This document shows positions 57,146 to 64,000 of a stretch of DNA of 64,000 nucleotides, piece after piece. The notes under the pieces are model-generated. The model saw nothing but the letters and a program-made list of their open reading frames with translations. It ran no database searches and was not told the DNA's origin. The position numbers and the translations under genes are program-made. Every line of letters starts with the position of its first letter. Position 1 is the stretch's first letter. The stretch is from Candidatus Ryanbacteria bacterium RIFCSPLOWO2_12_FULL_44_26 (lineage in GTDB: Bacteria; Patescibacteriota; Minisyncoccia; Ryanbacterales; HO2-45-13): assembly GCA_001821765.1 (NCBI GenBank), contig MHOA01000006.1, positions 4,389 to 68,388 of the forward strand. The letters are read 5' to 3'.

Positions 57146-58087
57146 ATGAGTGACATACAACAAACAGGGCCGAAAGATGTGTTTTTTCGTCTTGCCGAGA
57201 CCATAGCGCTCTATGCGGTGATTGTGAGTTTCGGATCGCTTGTTTTTCAATTAATCAATTTTTATTTTCCTGATTCTCTTGCTGGTCATTTTGACAGGTT
57301 TGCGAGGGAAAATCTTCGCTGGCCCGTTTCTGTTTTGGTTGTGGTGTTTCCGCTATTCGCTTGGATTTCATGGAAGTTGCAGAAAGAGGTGATCGCAAAC
57401 CCGGCGAAGCGGGGGCTTCGAACAAGAAAATGGCTGATGTATCTCACATTGTTTCTGGCTTCCGTTGTCATAGCGGTTGACCTGATAACGCTTATATTTC
57501 GTTTTCTTGGAGGCGAACTGACCACGCGTTTTTCCTTAAAGGTGCTTACGGTGCTTGTGATGGCTGGAGCAGTGTTTACCTATTATGGCTGGAACTTAAG
57601 AAAAGACATCTTGCCCTCAAAAGATCCGAGGATGAGATTTTTCATCTGGGGTGTTGTCGCAATCGTCGTTCTCGCTCTTGTGGCCGGTTTCTTTGTTGCC
57701 GGTTCTCCCCAGTCTGAGCGTCTTAGACGTTTTGACAGTGAGCGCGTAGGAGATTTGCAGAATCTTCAGTTTCAGATTGTTGAATACTGGCAGACAAAAA
57801 GAACACTGCCAGCCAGTCTCGACGCGCTTTCCGATGATATTATCGGTTTTGTGCCTCCTGTTGACCCACAAAGCGGAGAGTTGTATGAATACAAGGTAAC
57901 CGGAGATTTGTCATTTGAATTATGCGCGGTATTCAATACGGAAAGCGAAGGCGTTATGCAAGAAAAATCGCTTGCAATACGTGACCCGTACGCAGTTGAA
58001 TCCAACTGGGAACATAAGAGCGGCAGGGTATGTTTTAACCGCACTATTGATCCGGATCGTTTTCCCCCTCGTAAAGCCGTTCTATAA
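57146..58087 (+). CDS. DUF5671-like membrane protein with a pilin-like C-terminal domain
   Basis: Five TM helices; R..D..RV.DL...LP..L and DP....YEY...FELCA.F patterns. Confidence 0.72.
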   Translation: MSDIQQTGPKDVFFRLAETIALYAVIVSFGSLVFQLINFYFPDSLAGHFDRFARENLRWPVSVLVVVFPLFAWISWKLQKEVIANPAKRGLRTRKWLMYLTLFLASVVIAVDLITLIFRFLGGELTTRFSLKVLTVLVMAGAVFTYYGWNLRKDILPSKDPRMRFFIWGVVAIVVLALVAGFFVAGSPQSERLRRFDSERVGDLQNLQFQIVEYWQTKRTLPASLDALSDDIIGFVPPVDPQSGELYEYKVTGDLSFELCAVFNTESEGVMQEKSLAIRDPYAVESNWEHKSGRVCFNRTIDPDRFPPRKAVL

Positions 58088-58151
58088 AAAGCAAAAAATC
58101 TCTTTAAAGGTTTAGCGGACACCATTTATACATTTTTCAACGAAAGTGTCT

Positions 58152-58328
58152 ATGAACAATGATCAATGCTCAACATGCGGAGGAGCGGTAAGCGGGCACG
58201 AGTGCATCTCGTGCGGCGCGGAGGCCGATAACAGGGCGCAGAGCTGTTCTTGCGGCGGTAGCGTTGCGCCTGCATGTGCCGGATGTAGCGAGCTTGAGCC
58301 GAATTGTTCCTGCGGCAGTGGTAAATAA
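58152..58328 (+). CDS. Small Cys-rich protein (58 aa, 10 Cys)
   Basis: CxxC-CxxC-CxC-CxxC-CxC pattern. Confidence 0.65.
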   Translation: MNNDQCSTCGGAVSGHECISCGAEADNRAQSCSCGGSVAPACAGCSELEPNCSCGSGK

Positions 58329-58480
58329 GGGTTTCAACGGCAAGTTCCCGGCACAATCAAACAAGCGTCCGGCTTGGCTGGGCATTTTGTGTTTAAACAC
58401 AACTAACGTCGCTTCATTTTGCTGATGGTTAAAAAAACAGATAAAATTCCATATTATAAGCCGTACTTCGTTACGCCGGT

Positions 58481-59677
58481 ATGCGCGTAGCATCTGTTAT
58501 CAGGGTAAATACGCCAAAGCGTTTGCTGCTTTTGTATCACTTTGTTTTAGCGTTGCTTGCCGGATTTTTGTATCGTTTTCCTTCCCGCGCCATGACGGTG
58601 ATCGGGGTTACCGGCACCAATGGAAAATCAACTGTTGTGGAGATGTTGCGGCACATTTTCGAGGAAGACAGCAGACGCGTTGCTTCCATTTCATCCATTC
58701 GATTCCAGATAGGAAAGCATGAATGGAGAAATGATTTAAAAATGACAATGCCGGGGAGATTTTTCCTCCAGCGTTTTCTTGCTGATGCACGGAAGGCAAA
58801 GTGCAGCTTGGTTATTTTAGAGGTAACCTCCGAAGGCATAGCGCAGTTCCGGCATCGGTTTATTGCTTTTGACGCTGCGGTTTTAACGAACCTCACGCCG
58901 GAACACATTGAGTCCCACGGTTCTTTTAAGAAATATAGGGAGGCGAAGGCACAGCTTTTCCGGCGCACCCCCGTGCATATTCTAAATGGAGACGATAAAA
59001 ACATTGATTATTTTAGTAATATTGCGGCAAAGAAGCGGGTTGTTTACCGCGAAAAAGACTTCCCATCCAACATGGCGTTGCATTTGCCGGGCCGCTTTAA
59101 CCGCCGTAATGCCGTTGCGGCAGTAAAGACAAGCGCGCTGTTTGGCGTGGATGAGAAAACCGCGTACCGTGCCCTAGGACGCATAAAAAGCATACCGGGC
59201 CGGTTGGAGCGGATAGCCAAACATCCTTTCACAGTTTATGTAGATTATGCGCATACGCCAGACGCACTTATGCAGGTTTATAAAACACTCAGACCTCCGG
59301 GCGGTTCGGGGGAAAGCCACGGTTTTATTTGTGTGCTGGGGTCGGCAGGGGGGGGAAGGGATATATGGAAACGAGAGGAGCTAGGGCGCATCGCGGATAG
59401 TTTTTGCGACGCTATTATTCTTACCAACGAAGATCCGTATGATGAAAACCCCTTAGATATACTGAAGGATATTGCAAAAGGCATTCAATCAAAGAAACCT
59501 CATACAATTCTTGATCGGCGGGCCGCCATTCGGCAAGCATTGACAGAAGCAAAAGAAAAGGATGTGGTTATTATTACCGGCAAGGGTTCAGAACCGTGGA
59601 TGATGGTTGCGCGCGGCGGGAAAATTCCGTGGGATGATCGCGCGGTTGTAAGGGAAGAAATGGGGCGCTTGTTTTAA
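58481..59677 (+). CDS. murE: MurE-like Mur ligase
   Basis: GVTGTNGKST, EVTS, TNLTPEH, PGRLE, VDYAHTPD and ITGKG motifs. Confidence 0.9.
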   Translation: MRVASVIRVNTPKRLLLLYHFVLALLAGFLYRFPSRAMTVIGVTGTNGKSTVVEMLRHIFEEDSRRVASISSIRFQIGKHEWRNDLKMTMPGRFFLQRFLADARKAKCSLVILEVTSEGIAQFRHRFIAFDAAVLTNLTPEHIESHGSFKKYREAKAQLFRRTPVHILNGDDKNIDYFSNIAAKKRVVYREKDFPSNMALHLPGRFNRRNAVAAVKTSALFGVDEKTAYRALGRIKSIPGRLERIAKHPFTVYVDYAHTPDALMQVYKTLRPPGGSGESHGFICVLGSAGGGRDIWKREELGRIADSFCDAIILTNEDPYDENPLDILKDIAKGIQSKKPHTILDRRAAIRQALTEAKEKDVVIITGKGSEPWMMVARGGKIPWDDRAVVREEMGRLF

Positions 59678-59818
59678 AAAACAGGAGAAGTGTTGCGTTG
59701 GTGTCACACATTGCTTGCATAAAGCGTTGGTTTTAAAAAAGCTCGGGCAATTTGTGAAGCCCGAGCTGCCGGTTCATTTCCGCTTGGGAGGCGGTTTCCG
59801 TTTATTAGAACCTTATTT

Positions 59819-60118
59819 TCATCTGATCGGTACGCTGTGTGTTTTAGCAATCGTTTCTTTCCATCCAACCACTCGTTTGCCGTTCCACCAGCCAATGCCA
59901 ACCGTTGCCGTCTCGCAAAAAAAGTTCTGCGCGCGCAGCGTAAAATGGAATCCGGCGTGTACAAGTCTGTCGTTTTCTTCTATTTCCCCGGCGCAAACAG
60001 CGACAAACTGGCCGGGAAAAATAAAATCATCGCACAGGATACATCTTGTTGTGAGTCCCTTCCCGATCGCCCGCTTTGCCCGTCTTTTCCAAAAAAGCCA
60101 GCGAATGTATTTGAGCAC
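59819..60118 (-). CDS. Hypothetical protein with CxxC, His and Cys
   Basis: AAGGGAG Shine-Dalgarno before the GTG; 99 aa. Confidence 0.5.
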   Translation of the reverse strand: MLKYIRWLFWKRRAKRAIGKGLTTRCILCDDFIFPGQFVAVCAGEIEENDRLVHAGFHFTLRAQNFFCETATVGIGWWNGKRVVGWKETIAKTHSVPIR

Positions 60119-60248
60119 CGATATTCTCCCTTAAAAGAAAGTCCATCCAAAGAGTAATGGAACACCGCCTTTTCGTCAACGAGGTTTATAGGCAATCCAG
60201 GACAACTCTAAGTTTCATAAAAAACATAGCAGCATATTTAGATGTGCT

Positions 60249-60794
60249 CTAGAAGCACAATGAGAGCACGTGCTCAATTTTTTTATTCAACTCATCAAGG
60301 GTGCCGTCATTGATGATGCTATGGTCCGCAATCTTTAGCAACGAGTCAATCTGCAGTTCTGTTTTCCGTGCCTCTTGCTCATTAAATTGTTCTTGAGAAA
60401 GTCCTGTATCGTCTGCTTTTTCGTTTCGCATGGTTATGCGCTGGTACCGCTTATCCGCATTCGCACTCATTGCTATGAGTTTCGCGTTCGGGAGCGTTTT
60501 AATAATGTTCCATTCGTCCTGATATCTTACGCCGTCAACAACAGCGATGTCTGGGCGTGTTGATTGTATATCTTTTGCAAGAACCTTCGCAAGAATATCA
60601 TTTCCGTAGAGTTGTCGCAGGTCAAGCGCAAGCTGTATTTGATTATCACGCGTATGCGGCAGATGGAGCCGTATAAGAATATCATCAAGAATTTTTGAAA
60701 ATCGGAACACCACTGCACCGTGCCGTATCTTTATATAGTCCGCCACCGTGCCTTTACCGCTTCCCTTTTTCCCCGTGAGCGCAATGATTATCAT
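60249..60794 (-). CDS. Nucleotide kinase-like P-loop protein (dephospho-CoA/dNMP kinase-like)
   Basis: TGKKGSGKGT, VDGVR and NDGTL motifs; overlaps the dCMP deaminase gene. Confidence 0.85.
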   Translation of the reverse strand: MIIIALTGKKGSGKGTVADYIKIRHGAVVFRFSKILDDILIRLHLPHTRDNQIQLALDLRQLYGNDILAKVLAKDIQSTRPDIAVVDGVRYQDEWNIIKTLPNAKLIAMSANADKRYQRITMRNEKADDTGLSQEQFNEQEARKTELQIDSLLKIADHSIINDGTLDELNKKIEHVLSLCF

Positions 60795-61273
60795 GATACC
60801 GGCGGTTCTAACTTTTCGAAGGTAACGCCGGCTTCTTGAAATAATTTTTTTGAGTCCTCATCATTAGAATATGCGCTGTTATAGACCACCCGTCTTATAC
60901 CGCCGTTAATGATTGATTTTGCGCAAAAAATACAAGGACTGTTCATTGTGTACATTGTGCCATTGCTAATACTCATGCCGTGGTACGCTGCTTGGATAAT
61001 CGCATTTTCCTCCCCATGAACGCAAAAACATTTATCAAGATGCGTTCCGCTTTCAACGTTGCTGTTACAACGAGGGCATCCTCCTTCATTACAGTTTTTG
61101 ATATTTCTTGGTGTTCCGTTATAGCCGCTTGAAAGCACCATTTTATCACGCACGATAACGGCACCGGTTTTCCGCGTTAGGCAGTTTGAGCGTTCGGCTA
61201 CTACTTTTGCAATCTGCATAAAATAATGATCCCAACTTGGACGTGCGGGGCGAGACGACGTGGATTTATTCAT
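60791..61273 (-). CDS. dCMP deaminase (ComEB family)
   Basis: RPSWDHYFM, GYNG, HGEENAI and PCIFC motifs. Confidence 0.95.
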   Translation of the reverse strand: MNKSTSSRPARPSWDHYFMQIAKVVAERSNCLTRKTGAVIVRDKMVLSSGYNGTPRNIKNCNEGGCPRCNSNVESGTHLDKCFCVHGEENAIIQAAYHGMSISNGTMYTMNSPCIFCAKSIINGGIRRVVYNSAYSNDEDSKKLFQEAGVTFEKLEPPVS

Positions 61274-61411
61274 ATTGTTTTATTTAAAATGCTTCCGTGT
61301 TAACCATGATAGCCGGTCTCACGGCAGACGCAATGGTTGTTTTCTTCCTGTAAGTTTCTTTTGCAGACGACGGTTTGTGTTTTTAAATAGACTCAATGTT
61401 TATTTATGGAT

Positions 61412-61486
61412 TGGTGCCGCCACGGGGAATCGAACCCCGATTTGCGCCTTGAAAGAGCGCTGTCCTAACCATTAGACGATGGCGGC
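61412..61486 (-). tRNA. tRNA-Glu(TTC)
   Basis: Reverse complement folds as a cloverleaf; anticodon arm GCGCT-CTTTCAA-GGCGC; CCA end. Confidence 0.97.
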
Positions 61487-61643
61487 ATATTCGGCTTCGC
61501 TCCGTTTTTGCAGAAAAAGAGCGCTGTGTCCTCCGCCGTTTCGTTGATAATATTAAATGGAGTCAAGGTGAAAGATTTTGGCGGGAGAGAACAAACTCTA
61601 TCGTATCACTTTTCTTTTCGCTTTTAAAGAGTATAATGGTGCC

Positions 61644-61982
61644 ATGGATTTGGCCGGAAAGGAAGTTGCCCCCTGTGATATCGGAGTCTCTCCTTTGCCT
61701 AAAGAGGAGATTGCCAAATACGTCAGCGAGGTAGGTGGCTGGAGTCTGAAGGACGATGGCAGAAAGATTGAGAAAAAGTTTACATGTAAAGATTTTAAAG
61801 CGGCAATGGTATTTATAAATACGGTGGCAGATGTTGCGGAACAGGCGGGACACCATCCGGATATCCATGTGTTCTATAATAAGATAACCATCGAGTTGTG
61901 GACCCATGCCATTGGCGGGCTCTCTAGAAACGATTTTATTGTAGCGGCAAGAATTGATCAGTTGCCTTATATGCGCGCGTAG
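61644..61982 (+). CDS. Pterin-4-alpha-carbinolamine dehydratase
   Basis: AEQAGHHPDI and WTHAIGGLS.NDFIVAARID motifs. Confidence 0.94.
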   Translation: MDLAGKEVAPCDIGVSPLPKEEIAKYVSEVGGWSLKDDGRKIEKKFTCKDFKAAMVFINTVADVAEQAGHHPDIHVFYNKITIELWTHAIGGLSRNDFIVAARIDQLPYMRA

Positions 61983-62049
61983 CTCAGTTGGTTAGAGCGC
62001 TTGCTCGACACGCAAGAGGTCAGAGGTTCGAATCCTCTCGCGCGCACCA
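61973..62049 (+). tRNA. tRNA-Val(GAC)
   Basis: Cloverleaf; anticodon arm CTTGC-TCGACAC-GCAAG; CCA end. Confidence 0.94.
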
Positions 62050-62074
62050 GTGAAGTATTATCCTAAAATAAGTT

Positions 62075-62500
62075 ATGATGAATCATTGTTTGTTTTGTAA
62101 AATTGCCTCCGGGGAGATCCCAAGCGAGAAAATATATGAGGATGAAAACGTTTTGGCGTTTCTTGATATTCAGCCGCGCAGCCCCGGTCATACAATGATC
62201 ATTCCTAAAAACCATGCGGCGAACTTGTCCGAATTGCCGGACAGCGCAATCGGCCCTTTTTTCTCTTCCGTTAAAAAAGTAACAGATATGCTCAAAAAAG
62301 CACTTACTCCCGACGGTTTTACGCTGGGCATGAATTACGGCGCTGCGGCGGGGCAGGAAGTTCAGCATATGCATTTTCATATCATGCCACGCTGGTTTAC
62401 CGATGGCGGCGGTCCTATTCAGCGCGTTGTGTCAAATACGCCAGATGAGCGTTTAGAGGAGATGGCGGAAAAAATCCGCGGCGCCGGACAGCAACAATAA
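62075..62500 (+). CDS. HIT family hydrolase
   Basis: CLFCKI, PGHTMIIPK and HMHFHIMPR motifs. Confidence 0.96.
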   Translation: MMNHCLFCKIASGEIPSEKIYEDENVLAFLDIQPRSPGHTMIIPKNHAANLSELPDSAIGPFFSSVKKVTDMLKKALTPDGFTLGMNYGAAAGQEVQHMHFHIMPRWFTDGGGPIQRVVSNTPDERLEEMAEKIRGAGQQQ

Positions 62501-62504
62501 AGCC

Positions 62505-63167
62505 GTGCAAATTATCTATGAAGACGATGACGTGTTTGCGGCGGTAAAGCCAGCTGGTGTTGTCATGCACGCAGACAGTCACCATCCAAAAGGTTCTTTT
62601 CTTGAAATGGTGTGTACATTGCGTCCAACAGCGCAGCTGTTGCACCGCTTGGATAAAGACACTTCCGGGGTGGCGCTTTTTGCAAAGACGGATGCGGCGG
62701 CTTCCTATTATAAAAAACTTTTCAAAGACACCTTGATTCAAAAAACATATTTGGCGCTTGTTGTAGGAACATTCACAAAGAAAAAAGGAATTATTGCTCT
62801 TCCTATCGGAAGGTCGTCCTCTGACCCCAGAAAACGGAGCGTTGGCGGAAAGAAAGGAAAATTGCGGGAAGCGCGCACCGATTACAGCGTTTTGGAGCGC
62901 TTTGGAGACAGTTTTACGCTGTTGGAAGTTTTCCCGAAAACCGGGAGAACGCACCAAGTCAGATCTCACCTTGCCTCAATTGGGCACCCCGTGGCTTGTG
63001 ATGCGCTTTACGGAGGAAAAAAATATGCTTGCCCGCAAGGCCTTAAGCGCCAGTTTTTGCATGCGTTTGGTCTTTCATTTACAAGCCGAAAAGGGATTCG
63101 TGTAAAAGTGGAAGCGGATCTTCCGGAGGATTTGCGATACACACTTAAAGAATTGAAGAAAAAGTGA
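62505..63167 (+). CDS. RluA/RluD-family pseudouridine synthase (no S4 domain)
   Basis: KPAG, HRLDKDTSG, GRTHQVR and LHA motifs. Confidence 0.95.
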   Translation: MQIIYEDDDVFAAVKPAGVVMHADSHHPKGSFLEMVCTLRPTAQLLHRLDKDTSGVALFAKTDAAASYYKKLFKDTLIQKTYLALVVGTFTKKKGIIALPIGRSSSDPRKRSVGGKKGKLREARTDYSVLERFGDSFTLLEVFPKTGRTHQVRSHLASIGHPVACDALYGGKKYACPQGLKRQFLHAFGLSFTSRKGIRVKVEADLPEDLRYTLKELKKK

Positions 63168-63229
63168 TATTATGGTATAAAGTGGTTTAATAATACTTTT
63201 TTGGTGTATAGCTTTATTGAAGAAACAGT

Positions 63230-63715
63230 ATGCAGAGTAAGAGAGCAACAATTGATATGCGCCCGGGGGATATCGTACGGGTGTATCAGAAGATAAAAGA
63301 AAAAGACAAAACCCGCATTCAGGTATTTGAGGGGCTTGTTATTGCCCGCAAGCATGGCGCGGAGCCGGGTGCGACGTTTACGGTACGCAAGATAAGTCAG
63401 GGTGTTGGGGTTGAGCGCATTTATCCTTTACACTCGTCAAATGTTGAAAAAATAGAAATCGTGAAGCGTTCTCCAAAAGTGCGGCGCGCAAAGCTTTATT
63501 ATATTCGCGAGAAAGCGGCGCGCGAATCCAGGAAAAGACTGCGTCATGAGTATCTGGCAAGCAAAATCACTGTCGGAAGCATTGAGGAAGAGTCAAGCGG
63601 GAAACAGTCTAGCCAAGAAACAGATGAAAACCGCAAAGAAAGCCCTTTAACCCAACAGAACAACGAGCCAAAGAGCGAAAAAAGGGAGTTGAAAGAAGAA
63701 AGGGAAACGAAATAA
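63230..63715 (+). CDS. rplS: 50S ribosomal protein L19 with a charged C-terminal extension
   Basis: PGDIVRV, RIQVFEG, GVER and [10 protein letters not shown] motifs. Confidence 0.97.
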   Translation: MQSKRATIDMRPGDIVRVYQKIKEKDKTRIQVFEGLVIARKHGAEPGATFTVRKISQGVGVERIYPLHSSNVEKIEIVKRSPKVRRAKLYYIREKAARESRKRLRHEYLASKITVGSIEEESSGKQSSQETDENRKESPLTQQNNEPKSEKRELKEERETK

Positions 63716-63773
63716 AAAGCAAAAAGCCAGTTTTGGATAAATGCCGTTTTTATAGTAACCTGTATTGGTGTCA

Positions 63774-63859
63774 GCCCAGGTGGTGGAATTGGTATACACA
63801 CATGGTTGAGGGCCATGGCTCGAAAGAGCGTGCGGGTTCAAATCCCGCCCTGGGCACCA
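63774..63859 (+). tRNA. tRNA-Leu(GAG)
   Basis: Cloverleaf with a long variable arm; anticodon arm CATGG-TTGAGGG-CCATG; CCA end. Confidence 0.97.
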
Positions 63860-63880
63860 AACAGGAAAAGTCAAAGAGCT

Positions 63881-63990
63881 TTGGTTCGCCTCGCGGAGTT
63901 TATCCTGAGCAAAATCGAAGGACTCGGCGACTAATTGGTATTCAATTTTGGGGGCAAAAACGAATGGCTCGACTGCGCTCACCACAAGTT
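63881..63990. repeat. REP-like short palindromic elements downstream of tRNA-Leu
   Basis: Imperfect hairpin TTGGTTCGCC...GGCGACTAA encloses TGAGC-AAAA-TCGA; a related inverted copy, TCGA-CTGC-GCTCA, lies near 63969. Confidence 0.5.
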
Positions 63991-64000
63991 GGCGGTTTCG

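Noticed and set aside
1-64000. CRISPR array, rRNA, tmRNA, RNase P RNA, IS transposase, alternative genetic code
   Set aside because: No repeat-spacer periodicity or signature motifs were seen, and conserved genes end normally at TGA.

Overview
64 kb of core chromosome from a reduced-genome bacterium. Gene content and order suggest Patescibacteria/Parcubacteria (CPR); this is an inference. The code is standard, with TGA used as stop. The window spans the replication origin region (jag-yidC-rnpA-rpmH | dnaA-dnaN). It carries many repair and replication genes (xer, pcrA/uvrD, ruvABC, uvrB, polA, holA, rarA) and translation genes (rpsO, rpsT, rplS, rpmH, valS, tsaD/E, rsmA). Five tRNAs are present. 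Main points of interest: (1) tRNA-Phe(GAA) split at position 33/34 by a 238-nt group I intron that seems to lack a normal P9; (2) an unannotated ~200-nt rod-like RNA with its own sigma70 promoter, antisense between pilB and ruvB (6S-like or new); (3) a 12-kb chromosomal type IV secretion-like operon (VirB5-like, VirB6, PrgI, VirB4, VirB2-like pilin) with no relaxase or integrase in the window and DnaA boxes in its promoter region; (4) an exonuclease-WYL fusion coupled to a YkuK RNase H-like gene; (5) several small orphan proteins, palindromic elements, and repeated signs of leaderless transcription. No CRISPR array, rRNA or IS transposase was seen. All calls come from reading motifs by eye; no database searches were run.
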